From Bispira polyomma (taxonomy: Eukaryota), in NCBI GenBank assembly GCA_965649765.1, contig OZ287752.1:46500001-46564000 (forward strand): a stretch of 64,000 bases of DNA, in the 5' to 3' direction. The stretch's first letter is position 1. Every line of letters begins with the position of its first letter. The position numbers and the translations under genes were made by a program. The notes under the pieces were generated by a model that was given only the letters and a program-made list of their open reading frames with translations, made no database searches and was not told where the DNA came from. Shown here piece after piece: positions 10,301 through 24,220 of the stretch.

Positions 10301-12834
10301 TGGAGAGCCGAAATTTTAAACATATTCAAAACCATCGCTTAATAAAACCAAAAAAACCATCGCCTGACACGGCCGATCACAAAGGGTTATGGGATTACGG
10401 AGGCGGTTGTTGATACAGTCGAGAAAAGAGCACTGCAGGTACTAGAAGGCAATATGTGTATCGTCAAAAACTGCCTCTCCATACTGCTAATGTGAGACTG
10501 GGGCTTTAGAAGATGCTTGGCATCAATCAGGGACTTTAATAATCCAAAATACAATATTGCAGTAATAAATAGCCCATATTATTTGAACAATGACGGTTTC
10601 TCTCAATGTATTGAAGGAATGAAATAAAAGTATATGTTCTTTACATTTTAGTTTTCTATTACCCAGACTAAAAGTATCTTTCCTAAAAAGTTTGCATAAT
10701 AGAGGTTCTACTGTAATCCCAATATGCCACGCAAACTCGTAAATTTTCAAATTTTTGCTGCGATCTTAAATTGTAATTACTAAAAATTGTAATATTTCGG
10801 AAACAATTAGCTTATTTTCAACGTATTAGAAATTATCCAGAGAAAGTGCAATATGGTGATACTTCTTTGGTCGACACGTAACGACCCAGTTCTGGTGTTA
10901 TAACATTCAATATATCCAGGGAAAATATTAGATATATAATGCTAAACAATATTCAATAAATGAGGGAATCAGATTCTGTTGATTGGGATTATCAATCGAA
11001 GACTTCCGCTCGTGTATTTACACCACATATTGAGACATGGCATGATTTTGGTATCTGGTGTTTTTGTTAATACAAGTATCCTGGGACTTTCCACATACGA
11101 CAAAATTCTTTGTTTTTCTTCTTCACTGGATTTACAGCGATAAGTCACTGTTGACGTACACAAGTCAATGAGGCATGAAAATAAGCACTAAAACAAACTA
11201 CACATGTCTAACATAACCTTCTACAAGAGTTGGGGAAAATTGGACAATAGTCACAAAGTTTCCAATGATTGTAAACAGGTTTATCAATTGCCGGTACTGA
11301 TAAGATAAATGTGTCGTACTATTAGGTGACAAATTTGTGTCTCTTAAATTTCGACTGTTTGTAGCAATTTATTAGTTTTTCAAAATTGGAGAATCTTCAA
11401 TGTGTTATTCATTGTACGTTTCATATTGAAGACTGTTAAATAGAATTCTAGCCAGAGTGTTGTAATCTGATCACAGACTGTAGTATAAAACAGATGAGAC
11501 CTGTCATGAGCTAAACAAAATAAACAGAACTATCAGAAATAGTGTCTGAAATCACTTCTGGTTGACAACTTGGCTGGTGTCTATATAGTTGGGGTTGTGT
11601 GTGTGAGAGAGTAGTGGAAGAAAGGTAGAGCATGGCATGTAGAGATTGAGTCATAGAGTCAGCCAGAACTAAAATGATTGTTCTATCGAATTCTTACACC
11701 GATAATGATCATGTCTTTGAACACACACTTAACACTCTACTAAAGGACAGCATACCACACCGATGTACAAAGGACGAGGGGAGGGGGAGGGGGGTCAGAT
11801 AGAGGGGGTTTATCTTGCCACAAGGGCTTATCACATGTGTGGTCCTCTCTAGTTCAGAGGTTGTCACCCCAAGCCTTCACAGCCCCTCCTAACTTGTTAA
11901 ATGAGACGCTGTCACCCAAGGCATTCCTTACACTTACATCTAACTAACATGGACAACTTAAAAATGACATCAGCTCTGTTAATTTGAAAATCATTTTAAA
12001 TAGGCTTAACTTGGAAATGCTTGCTATTATAGTGTGGGGTCCAAATATCTGTATTCATAGTAAATTATACCCTTTCTGACATTTTAGAGAAATATGAGTT
12101 TATTTGATCTTTGCCATTTGCTGATTTAAAAACACTTTTTTTTCTGTGAAGTAGGGTACAACTAGTGTTTTATGAACTGTCGACCGATTTCTAGTGTTAC
12201 TTTCACTATTTACGAACCCTTTGTTCTTTACCCGTACTTTATAATATCAGGTTAAATCTTGTACTTCCATATTTTTGTCTGATCACAGGCTGGGGGGGGG
12301 GGGGGGGGGGGGGGGGGTGTCGCAGTAAGGCCACGTTTGGTTGTGCAGAGATGCAGAGATATTTTAATATCTATATCTATATTTAATATCTATGCGCTTT
12401 CATTTCACATAAGGGGCTATAATTTATCTTTACACTAGTATATGAACAGCAGAAATGGGTTGTAGTTCTTGTTTTGCCATGGGTAACTATACGTTTTTGG
12501 TTAATATGTTTACCAAGTTAATCTATTCGTAATATTTTCTAATTTAAATTCATGACATGTGTTGTAGTATTTCTCTCTGTGTGTATATGTGTGTGTGTTA
12601 TAACATGTCAGATGGGTTCAACTTAAAATTTATAAATATACTTTTTGCTTCAACAGGCGACATTTGTGAAAGCTTATAACTGATCTCAATTTTTGAATAT
12701 ACATTGAGCTTTGGACCAGAAGTGATTTATTTTTAAAAGCCTTGATCTTGTTCACCACTTTATTCTTAGTATCAGATTTTTGTGTCTGTTGAATATCTTT
12801 ATAATATATGTTTTACTTGTTTTTATTCTTGTAG

Positions 12835-12903
12835 TTCTGGCTGATGCTCATTTTCCAACAAGCTCGGTTTGCGCGTCTGGGCCAAAGGAAGTACGAGCCG
12901 ATG
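12835..12903 (+). CDS. FUOM: Fucose mutarotase, first visible coding exon (probably exon 2)
   Basis: ttcttgtag|TT...GATG|gtatgt, phase 1/1. (V)LADAHFPTSSVCASGPKEVRAD(G) matches FucU/FUOM VLADxNFP...IRADG. Confidence 0.92.
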
Positions 12904-13899
12904 GTATGTAATGTCAAACAGTCTGCTTTAAGTAGCTGGTAATTTAGTGTAATTGAGGGACCCTAATATGGTACAATTACCAGTTATGTGTGGTGTTTAA
13001 TTTCCATTTTGACCCCACTATATGGATACAGAGAGCTAATGTTGTATACAAATATAGATAGTTTTTGTTTGTATTTGTAATCGCAATATATTTATATATC
13101 TGACTTAGCATGTGTCATATCAGTGTATACGAGCGCATTAAACTCTGGCTTTCGGGGTCTCCCATTTAGCTCAACTGTAAAGTGTGCTACTATTAAAAAT
13201 CACTTCTACTTCATCTCATGTAGTGGGTGGGGACAAAGTGTTAGAGGCAGTACAGGACAATGGAAATTTCATCAGGACCACCTGGCAAATGATGAGCAAT
13301 AGTCTTTTCGATATTAATGGGTCTGACAGAAATTATGCTGGAATGACATATATCCGCAGTTATCTACTTGTGTTATTTTTTACTTTGTTCAGTTTTTAAA
13401 AAGTATTCTCAGTTTTGAACATCTATAATAGGTAATGTGTCCCTCCCTCCGTCCCTTCTTCCACCCCATTATATATTGATAAAATAAACAATAATAAATA
13501 AAAGGATAGAGATGTATCCCTCTTTGGAAGTAGCCTATGGCGAAAATTTAGGTCATATAATTATACATCGTGAATCTTCTGTAGATTCTAAAGTTACAAG
13601 ATTTTAAATAGAAATCCGGCCAGTCATCTTTAGGACACACCTATCAGATTTTGTCAAACATCCTTTTTTAACAGCCCCTGTATTATTAGTATTTTAATAC
13701 AATAAGAATATTGGATTCATTTGCTCTAGTAAAGTGGATCAGAGTAACCAGATACTGGGTAAATAAACAAAGTCGTACTGGATGCTAAGCCAAAATTATA
13801 AAGAACATTGGATATGTCAACAATTTGTCGAAACTGGTGCAGGTGTGCAGTTAATAAGACATAGCTGTTTGCTAGACAGTGCTAAACACAATAGCTACA

Positions 13900-15060
13900 A
13901 TGATACTATTGAGGGTAACTAAATCTTATCTAAATCGACTTTGCAGGCGCAATATTTTTCCCACAAAGGGAACAAGAAAATAATCCAAAATCATAGTCAA
14001 GGGACGTAACAGGTCGGCATTCCAGGGTTGTGGGTGCGGTGGAGCGAAGTGCTAGGTAGGGAAGGCAGATTGGAAGAGGTTAGTCTTAAGGTGCTTCTTA
14101 AAATATGTTACTGATGGACTACTTCTTATATGAACGGGAAGAGAGTTCCAGAAAGCAGGTGCATAGTGGCTTAAAGATTTGGTGAAATGTTTTTGGGATT
14201 TATAGAGTCAAAAGAAGGGACTTGAAGGAACTTTAATTTTTGGGCAGCTATTTCTTGTGTTTCTAGACAAGCTATAAGGATGGAGTATATCCTTGAGGTA
14301 TACTGGTTGGCCATATTTTTAGAACCTTATACGTGATCAACCCAATTTTGAACTGCATCCTGTGTTTAACTGGTAGCCAATGGAGTTTAACCAGTTCTGG
14401 TGTTACATGAATACCTGGAATATCGAATCACTACCCGGCAGAGTAAGTTTTAAACTCGCTGTAGCCTTCTTAACTCAAATTCTGTGAGTGAGGCAAATAG
14501 CAAATTGCAGTAGTCAAGGCTGCTGCTGACAAGAGCATTTGCAAGGAGGACTGCTGTGGTGAAGTCGAGCAAGTGTCGCATACTATAATGTCGATTTAAG
14601 TAGAGTTAGTGACTTGGGATACATGATCTGAGAGAGCCATATTGGAATCAAACACTACCCTTAGATTTCTAACATTACAGGATGGTGCAAATTTGTTACT
14701 GAGAATGTCAGTTAAAAAAAAAAAAACACTGAAGGTTTTTTTAATGGTTTTTTAAATTCAGTTTTATTTGGGTTTAATTTGAGTTTATTTAGTATTATGA
14801 CATTTTGTACGTCGTTTAGGCAGTCTGTGAGAACTTTCATTGACTAAGTAAAATTTGTTAGTGATAGAGTTATATACAACTGAGTGTCATAAACATAAAA
14901 ATGGTGTTCAATGCCCCCGTGAGACTGAATAATAGAGCTGAGTGGATTAGTGTACACAGAAAAAATAAGAGGGCCTAGAACAGAGCCCTGATGGACTCCA
15001 AATTTTAACTCCATAGGGTGTGACAGTATGAAACACACCTTGACTCTGTCATCAATAAAT
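13900..15060 (-). mobile_element. L2/CR1-clade LINE, 3' RT fragment (degenerate)
   Basis: Encodes GVHQGSVLGPLIFSVY...FYVYDTQLY, LKLNPNKTE and LHWLPVKHRMQFKI, with frameshifts. Confidence 0.85.
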
Positions 15061-15094
15061 CATTCATAAGACGTAGATTTTCACAATATTTTAA

Positions 15095-15240
15095 ATTTGC
15101 CCATGACTCTGGACCCTTAGATTTCTATAGCATTTGACACTATTGAGCATCATACACTGTTTGCTTGCCTTTAAAGTTAATCTGGGGTGGATGACATTTC
15201 GCTTAAATGAATTAAGTTATACCTCATAGGATTCATAAAC
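15095..15240 (+). mobile_element. Inverted upstream piece of the same LINE RT
   Basis: cttagatttctatagcatttgacactattgagcat is a degenerate LDLSAAFDTIDH, in the opposite orientation to 13900-15060. Confidence 0.6.
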
Positions 15241-17049
15241 ATCTCAAGAGTAAACTATTCTTAAAAGTTGGGACCTACTTTTGCAAAACTCTGAGAGAAG
15301 CCGGTTGCATGTATCCGCCCTGTGTTTGGGTTTAGGAGGAGTTGATATTGCCCAGAACACAAGTGAGATTATAGCTTTTTGTATGACAGCATAAACAATA
15401 AGCCAATTCTTAGGTATACCCAATATGTAGATTCGAGTGCCCAGTCGTAGTTCCTATCTTCGATGTGAACAAACGAGAAACGGCACATAAACAGAAGCAC
15501 ATGTACCTCAAACGTGCAGTCCACAAACTAGGAAGTTAAGAATTTAAACGTTTTTAAACTTAAATATCTCAGCCATTTCTCCACGAATTTTAGTAGAAAA
15601 TGGTAGATTTTAATAAAATTAATCCCTATTTTATATTTGTTGGCGAGGTTTCGTCCCCAGGACGCTGTCCTATTGCTTTACACCATGTTTTCTTATATCA
15701 GAGATGACGAAAACACGAACACTGCTCCACCGAGTTCAAAAAAATCAAATCCTACACATAACATTTACAAAATAATTCAAAACGGCCATAAATGGAAATC
15801 GCGTTTTCGAAAATCTGCAGTGTCCCCACATTCTAGCATTGTTTGAATAAGTAGGAAGCTCCACCTAGCAAGACCTTTAAAAATTTATGTTTGTTACATA
15901 CAGCCAACAAGGGAAGTTTTAGAAGGTACTGGGCTTGAGGACTGCTCAAGTGTTGGATTCGTACAAATTCAACTTTCTTTCTTGTTTCTTCTATTTTCAC
16001 AAATATTCAAAATTACAATATATTTTATGATATGATCTAACTTTCAAATTTCTAACTTGCTTTTCTAATGACAATGTAGCACTTGATCATTTATATAATA
16101 GAAGTCTTTTAATTGCTTTTAATTTCTTCTATTTTCGCTACTCCACTTGTTTTCCAATGTTGTTATAGAGATCAGCCACTTCCTTTGTGTACGCGTACTG
16201 CAAGTGTCACCTCGTGCTCCACCTGGCGATATCCCCAAAAAGGTCTTCCATTTTTTAAAACTCAAAACCTTAGCCTATAAGTTTATCCAATAATATGCAG
16301 CACAAAACCTTCAATATTATTAGGATTATACTGCAACAGTAATGTTCTTAAAGGTAATTTGATAAAAACTTGGAAAATCGCCGATGTAGCCAGCCAATGG
16401 ACATCTGTTTTTATTATAAACTCTGTCCACATGTCATTTCTGGCTTTGTTTTGTTACATCACATCAAAGATATTGGACCGATTCATCGGACACTGAATGC
16501 TTGTTTATATATGTTTTAGTGGTTTTTATATGCATTTTACTAGCGATTACAATTACAAGTGTGAAAGATTTTACTTGATAAAAACCTTTCTATGTAGTAA
16601 TGTTTCTTGGACCTAGATTCTCAGTGGCTGAAGCCCAAGGGCCAATGCATTACAATGAAGAGTTGGTTAGATATAAATCTATAATTAAAAAACTTTTAAA
16701 TTACTTTTCAGTTTGTTAAATTTGTTCCAATATACGTCAATCTTGGAAGAAACAGGGGAAACTAATCCCTAAGAGGTCTCACCATCTATTACCACCTATC
16801 ACCGACCAATCAAATTATCAGAGAACGGACTTCGATTATTTTAAAAGCGACCAATTGGAAACCTCTCGCAGATCTATCAAAGAGCCAAAAAGGACTGGTC
16901 AAGCAATAGGTCCTACTAGGTATAAATAGGTGGTCTTCGATATTCGGCATTCAGTTTCAATGAGGTCTTTGGTGTACGCGGACGTTTCCACTACTGGATA
17001 TTACTAGATTTCAGTTCAAGTGTTTAAAAATTTTAATTTATATATAATA

Positions 17050-18600
17050 ATGGCTCCTAAACTTATTACTAAGAATGGCAAGGGCAAATGGAAGAAGAAG
17101 GGAGACAATGAGGATGTTTTTCTGTCTCAGGAACCCATGTTTTAGGAAGAAACTGAGTTGGCTGTAACCAATATCATATCTGAGGGTACTGTCACCACTG
17201 TACCAGAAGGTGTACCTGGCACAGTCACACCTGAGGGAGTAGCCATCACTGTCATCACTTCAGACACTGAAACCAATCTGGCCACAGGGACAATTGCCTC
17301 CAGGGGTGTGGACCCTGACCCTAATCAGCCCCCTCCCGGCCTGGATGATGAGGAGGAGAAGGATGATTATGAGGGGGCCAACAAACAGGGGAAAGGTGAC
17401 CGACCAACTGTCAGAGGAGCAGATGGAGCAGTTGGTGAACTACTTTGCAGCACAGCTGATGTTCTATGACCAGCTCCGGGACTTAAAGAACAGGACTAAG
17501 AAGTCCCGGGGACATCATGGGGCTCAGGGTAAGTTGCATTAATATCTAATTAAAATTGTGACTGCATGTATTTCAGGTTTACATTGAAATTAGATTGACC
17601 AGTTATGCCAGTTATGTAATTTTAAGAAACTTGTCAAATATTGTGTAATTATCTAATTCAGGTCAAGTTTACAATATTAAATTACTGTCAATAAAGTTTT
17701 TCATATAATGTTCTTCTTATTCAGGTTGTTGCTAGTAATAAGTTACATTAATATCTAATTACAACTGTAACTCCATGTGTTTTAGGTTAACAGAAGGCTT
17801 AGGTTGACCAGCTATCTCATAATACCAGTTATTGTGTATTAAAACATTATGTTTACTGGCCAGAGCTATTGCTGTGACTGGGTTTATTATGTACTTACCC
17901 AAATACTTACCCGAATACTTACCATTATACTTAACAGCTATCCTTTTACTTTTTCAATAGGTGACCGAATCAACACATGGTTCAAGTCCATGCAGAGTAT
18001 ATATGGCAAGCTCAAAGAAAAGACAAAGTCCGGCCAGACAACCAAGGTTCAAACTGTACGCCAGTCATGGACACTCCGATCATTCCTGGTGGCCCGTTTG
18101 GAGAGTCGTAGGCTGGGGATGGCACCTCCCCTGCCAATCCTTGATGACCTGGAGGACGATGAGGAGCTCTCCATTCCTTCCTCCTCAGCTCTTTTTTGGT
18201 CAGTGCAGAGTCAAGCTCCACCCACCCTTTCCGATTTTAGATAGACTGGTCAGCCCAGCACCAGCCAGCCCAGCGCCACTTAGGGTTCCGACAAAGGTCA
18301 GGAAAGGGTACTGCTAGGAGGATAGACGATACCATCATACAGCTGGCTGACTATTTCACCACGTCATGATGCGCCACAAGATGGCCAACCAGCCAGCAAT
18401 ACACCGACCAACACCCCAACAACCAGTCTTCTCGCAGCCCATGGTTTAGCCTTCCTCTTCTCCGCCTGGCCAAGCATTGGGTTCATCTTCTGTTACACCA
18501 CCAAATATCTGGTCACCACCAACACCATCACAATAACAGCTGAACCTATCACAGAGCAGTTATGGGACTTTTAACACGTCAGGCATATATCCGATGTTGG
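17050..18600 (+). pseudogene. Harbinger-associated MADF/Myb-like DNA-binding protein pseudogene (spliced)
   Basis: ATG at 17050 after TATAAATA (16921). LSEEQMEQLVNYFAAQLMFYDQ...KNRTKK, then an intron (donor ~17529, acceptor 17960), then DRINTWFKSMQSIYGKLKEKTKSGQ...RQSWTLRSF. Contains stops and frameshifts; 3' limit approximate. Confidence 0.7.
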
Positions 18601-19699
18601 ATAGCATGCAGGGGCAACAGACACATCAAGCTCAGCAAGCTCAGCCCACTCAATCATATCGGGTGACCAAAGTAGTGGTAGCCATGCACAGCAGTAGACA
18701 GAGGACATCGGTGGTGGTGGTAGGTTGACTGTTATGTGGATGGTGGGGAGGGGGGGGAGGAGGGAGTGGGAACTGTGATATTGGGGCATTTGTGACATTT
18801 GTGACTAGACTGTGACCTATGCATGTATATTATATTTAAGTTAATATTTAAGTGGATGTTATTTTGGTAAAAAATAAATTTTATGTTACTGACTTTTTTA
18901 CTTGAAATAAATTAATGGATTCCAAATTTAGCTTCATGAAATCAATTTGAACTTTCAAACTTGAACTTGACCTTTAGTGTTTAACTTGATTGATTTTTTT
19001 GGCTGTGCCAACCTTATAATTAGCTATGGTCTCACAGAAGACTAGGTCCATATTACCTTTTAAGGTCATCACAAATCCCGACTTCAAATAATAATGTGTG
19101 AAGTGTCATGCTTAAGGTTTACCACAACATTTATTATCTGGAAATCAGACAAGGTTAAGCTCATAGTCTCCTGTCACAGAACACTAGGTCATCAAAAATC
19201 CCAACTTCAACTAATAAAATGTTGTGACATAAGGCGGAAGGTTTACCACAACATTTATTATCGGAAATTCACACAAGGTCAAGATAATGGTCTCCTGTGG
19301 TCCACATGCTAGCTAAAGATTTTTCTATAATATGGTCATGGCCTACTAGTTTTAAGAAAGACAATGAGAACACTGAAATAACCTTCTGTGCAGAGGCAAT
19401 TTATTGTATAAACAATTGACCTCGACTGATTGATTGATTTCAAATAACATATGTAAAAGTCACACAACATAACAACATATAGTCACACTCACAGTCACTT
19501 AAAGCATGTCTCTGCCATGACCCTGGCTGTTGAATGGTACATAAAACCCTAAATTTTGACTTTGGTGGTCATGCTTGTGTGTATTGCCAGGACAGGACAA
19601 CAGAAAGAAAAGTGTGGGGATTTGTATACAACGTGGGACAATCATGACTTACCCACTTGCAGTTAAGGACACAAATGCAACACTGAAAATGAGAGTATA

Positions 19700-21912
19700 G
19701 AGTGACAAAACCGGCAGATACAGGAATCCAAAAAGACAAAGAAACCCCCTGTTAGAACCAGAGGAGGGCTTACTAGACTGGCAGGATGGATGTCTCAGCA
19801 AGCTTCAGTCATATTTGGAACCAACGAAAGTGTAGCCTAGATGAATGTGTCTCATCAGTTGCCGGTTGAAATGTGCAGCTACCACTGGTTCAGAGAATGA
19901 GGTTTAACCTCTCATATTTCTGATTAAGTTGTTTCAGCCTCTCAGTTTGCCAGAACCAGTTTTGAAGAATGACCCAGAACTAGTAGTGCAAACATCGCAC
20001 TGGTGGCAGATGTTGGTGACTACAATACAGACAGTATGAACTGAAAAACAAACTTCAGTGAGGACTCAAATGTCACATATAGGCCTCAACAGAGAAGCTA
20101 GTCCCTGGTGGCACCTATAGAACCACTGAAAGTTCCCCAAAATGCTCAACAAAATGATCCCAGTCGACCTCCAGATCAGGCTTCTTCTACAGTGCTGGTT
20201 AAACCCACAAAACATCAACAGGGTCAAGTATTGTCATACAATTGTCCGATTATCCTCCTCACTCCAGGATGATCAGGGATGCCCTGATTCTTGGATCTGG
20301 TGAACTGTCAATCTAAATCCTACTGCTACTTCCTCCTCATCCGGAGTTACTAAGAGAACCATTATATCTAAGATTCCACCCAGATCCTAAATATCCATGT
20401 GTGGTGTCTAGGAGCATAGACTTACAGAAACGGGTTTTCACTCCTACAGTGGCAGAAATAATTGTTGGGGCTAAAGACTCTAAACTAGAGCTACTATAAG
20501 TCAAAGTTGGGCCTATACTTTGTGGATAGGAGACCTTCAACTATTGAAGGTTACAGTATGGTAATCACAGACACTCTGGGCACCACTATTAGTCTCAGTC
20601 ACAGTCCAAATATTAGCCGTTAGTTTTCTAACTAGTTTCCATAGGGATACACCACAGGACACTTTCCAAGTTGAATCTGTCAGCTATGTTCCATCAACTA
20701 ACAAAACAACTGTTTGAACCACAGAGCTTAAAAGTAAAGATTACGCCTGGATATTTGGATAAAATAATTCGGCAGCCTTGCCAGCCTTTTTAGCAAAAAT
20801 ACAACTGGCCCAGGATTGCCTAGAGTGCATCTCCCTAGTCGTTATTCCAGTTCCCACTCCCGCATTGTATAGAACCTTGACTATGGATAGGACCTTGTGT
20901 CCAGTGAGCGCATTACGTTTTTTGGTGGATAAGTCTGCAGAAAACAGTAAAGACAGAAACTACTATATGGCTGAAATAAGAGCTTGAACCAGATCGTCCT
21001 GGTTGAAAGAAATGGTCAAGTTTTGTTACATGTTAGATGACGATCACTTGCTTATGGCGATATTGTCAGTCTGCTATGGGAAATCCCAGTCTACATTCCC
21101 ACATTTTAATCTGAAAGATTTAGTCTGGGCATTTAAAGACTTTTACCACCTATATCCTGTTGTGGCTGCTCAACAGTGTCTGGATGCGTCTTCTGTCGAA
21201 TCCTTCACTATCACTGCAGACGTCTCAAATCCTTATACTTAAGTACACCAGACTGACGTACCTTCCCAATGAAAAAACGGGAGTGAGTTCTGGACCGGTC
21301 AACTAGACCAGCAGCAACTAGAGGACAGAGACAATTGCCGAGTGAGCATGATTTATCCTCTCGACACCATACAAATAGTAGTTGATATGTCATAACTGAA
21401 TTGACAGGTCTCTTATGTAATATTTGGTTGTCATATAGCTTTACATGTGTAATATTATTAGTGTGTGTACCAAGGTGTCACGTTTTATTAACCCTCTATT
21501 ACTTTTAGGATACAGAAGACTAGACATGAGGTTCAAGGGTACCTCTGACAATACGGAGTCCCGACCACTCTCTTCATTAACTAAGACATTTTTCTTTTAG
21601 GAGCCTGGGCAACAGTAGATAGTAATTTCATCATGGCTTTGTGGGTAACCAGTGGCTGATTCCCACCACCTAGTTGTGAGATTCAGCACACAATTCCAAT
21701 GGGAAACTACTTGTATGACAATAACATTGTAAATTTTATTTTAAATTTATTTTTTTTTGCAAAATAAATAGTTACCCATTAGAATGGTTAGAGGAATGAC
21801 CAACATAGCCTCGTTTTTCTTGAGGGTTCTGTTTGCAACTACCGGTAAACACACAGTTCAAATGGGTAAGTGTGTATTTTATTAAAATTTAATTTAAAAT
21901 AAAAATTTACAA
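19700..21912 (+). mobile_element. Degenerate DIRS-like tyrosine-recombinase retrotransposon (3' half)
   Basis: YR remnants TLCPVSALRF, SWLKEMVKFCY and KSQSTFPHFNLKDLVW...LYPVVAAQQ. Terminal complementarity between 21727-21747 and 21891-21912. Confidence 0.75.
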
Positions 21913-21925
21913 TTTTATATTTCAG

Positions 21926-21996
21926 GTCATGCCATACCCAAACTGTTGGAAGCCATACTGGCACTGTATCCTCTGGATAATTATGTTGATCATCCT
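21926..21996 (+). CDS. FUOM: Fucose mutarotase exon
   Basis: atttcag|GT...CCT|gtaagt, phase 1/0. (G)HAIPKLLEAILALYPLDNYVDHP matches the family motif IPQLLEAVLKLLPLDTYV. Confidence 0.93.
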
Positions 21997-22399
21997 GTAA
22001 GTATTTAACGTAGTAGGTGCATAGTATTTTTGTATACTTACTGTATACTATTTATTAAATATTACTATTTAAATGTAAACAATAACTTATTTTATCTTCC
22101 TCAACTGACATATTGGAATGGTTTTATCACATCTACAATCATGTACACTTACGTATATACATAATTTTACCATTAAGCTTTTCTGATTAAAGCTATATCA
22201 GAGTCTGAAATATTTTAGCAATTAACTAAAACCTGGCATCAGAAGCTGTTCATATGTTATTAGATATAAGTGTCACAGGAGGTTAAAATCTGGCATAAAT
22301 GTCCTATAATGGGGTAAGATGTTAATGTTATCTCCTATATCCTATAGAGCCACTATTCAAGCATCCTCGGTGGCGTACATCACAGGTCAGATGTAACAA

Positions 22400-23060
22400 G
22401 AGTAGTCCGGTGGAAGGAAAAGATTTGTATACTTTGGGGAAAAGCGAGTTGGCACAGATAGGCTTTGAGTTGTTGCGAATGGCTGTAATCTTTCTGTCAG
22501 TACGTATACTAGCAGGGAGACTATTTCACTGAGAATATGCTGCAGCTTAAAATGAATCTGTGTTTTTTTGGGGTAAAAAGGTGGAGAGACAATTTCGTCT
22601 GGTGAGATTGCTAACAGATATCATGTATAAGAAAGCTGGCTGTTGAACATGAACAGTTTTAAAATGAAGACATTTATTTTAAATTTAATAAGGACCGTAA
22701 TTGTTAGCCAATGGTGTTTTTGTAACAGAGGATCTTTGTATGAGCGTGGACCAGCTCGATATACAATTCTGCAAAGAACTTGTAACCTTGCTATACTCGA
22801 GTCGACTTGAACCAAGGCATTTCTAAAACTGCAACATAATTTTCAAAAGTAAGGTTCCAACTTATCACTCAAAAGTCATGAATATTATATTTACAGAATC
22901 CGTAAATGTTTCAAACATGAAGGAGTATCAAAAGATTCTAGATTCGTGGCACTCCCTGGTAGATTAAGAGGCAATGAGTAGAAATTTCTTCGTCTTTGGG
23001 TTTAACATAAGCTTTGAATGATTTATTCACACGCCCACAAGTTCAGATCAAGGTTGATAA
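22400..23060 (-). mobile_element. L2/CR1 LINE 3' fragment, highly decayed
   Basis: PLLQKHHWLTITVLIKFKI and LNPKTKKFL-type C-terminal RT motifs. Confidence 0.6.
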
Positions 23061-23889
23061 AGTTATGATCATTTCAGGTAAGGATAAGTTGAAGGAAAAA
23101 TGGTATGAAGGAATAGTAAGGGAGGTAAACAATATGAATGAGGAACCAAGTGTCGGAATATAGTTTTATTTTAATAACCTTACAATTCTATTTTGACATA
23201 AAACACCAACACGGTGCACCCATAAAAATTAAAATAATAAAAAGTTTTGCCAATTTCGAGTAAGGAGAGAAGCCCTTACTAAAACAAGTAAAAAGACACA
23301 AAAAAAATTATGTTAAAATAAAAATAAAACAAAAGAGTTTCGTTTGCATTAAAGAATAGCACAGAATATTAATACCAACATAATACAGTACCACCATATT
23401 GTATAAACATGACTATAATATACAAGAACATTATAGAAACACAGTGACAGACCCACCCTGAAAAAGAAAAAGGAGAGTAGGGGGGGGGGGGGGCAAAGGG
23501 AGGGGGAAAACTTTTGACAACACCTGAGTGCGTTATAAATTGTGACCCAGAACTATATAAACAGTGACTTTATACAGGCAACACAGAGAAGGGGAAAAAG
23601 GGGGGAACGACCAAAAGGAGACAGCTGAATGGTCAAGAGAAAAGTAGAGTAGTAAGGGAACCACAAAGTGTGAATTGGTGACCTTAGCTCAAAGGATTAC
23701 AAGTGGATACGAAGGAATTTAGGCCAAAAAGGGGAGGTGATATAATTAAACATAAAGGTTATCCTCAGAGTGAGGTAGGAGTGGGGTAAGAGAGGGTTGC
23801 CAGAAGTGAGGTGTAACCGACAACATAGAAGGGGGTTAGTGAGGGTAGCCTCAGACAACGTTAGGAGTAGGCTAGGGAGGTATAAAGGT

Positions 23890-24220
23890 TAGGAAACTAG
23901 AGGGCTGTGACTGAAACTATGTGCCAATGCATCATAACCCATATCCATGATTGAATTGATGTGAGACCATTAGAGAGACCATTAGAAACTTTGTAAACTT
24001 GAGAATAAATTTTAGAACTGAGGGAGCAATATCTTTGGGTATTATCTGCCCAGAAATGACAAGTGATATTGTGGTGTGAGGATATAACTTTACTAAATTG
24101 AGTTGAGTACACTGAAAATAGAAGGGGTCCAAAGACAGTGCCTTGTTGAACACCATAGCGCAGATCAAAATGAAGTGAATTAGCTCCACCAAACCTGATG
24201 ACTTGACTTGGCACAGTAGA
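23890..24220 (-). mobile_element. L2/CR1 LINE RT fragment
   Basis: YGVQQGTVFGPLLFSVY...CHFWADNTQ, degenerate QGSVLGP and YADDTQ motifs. Confidence 0.75.

Noticed and set aside
12292-12318. Long poly-G tract (and poly-C at ~7874-7888)
   Set aside because: Homopolymer runs recur across the window and there is no evidence of function; lengths may also be unreliable.
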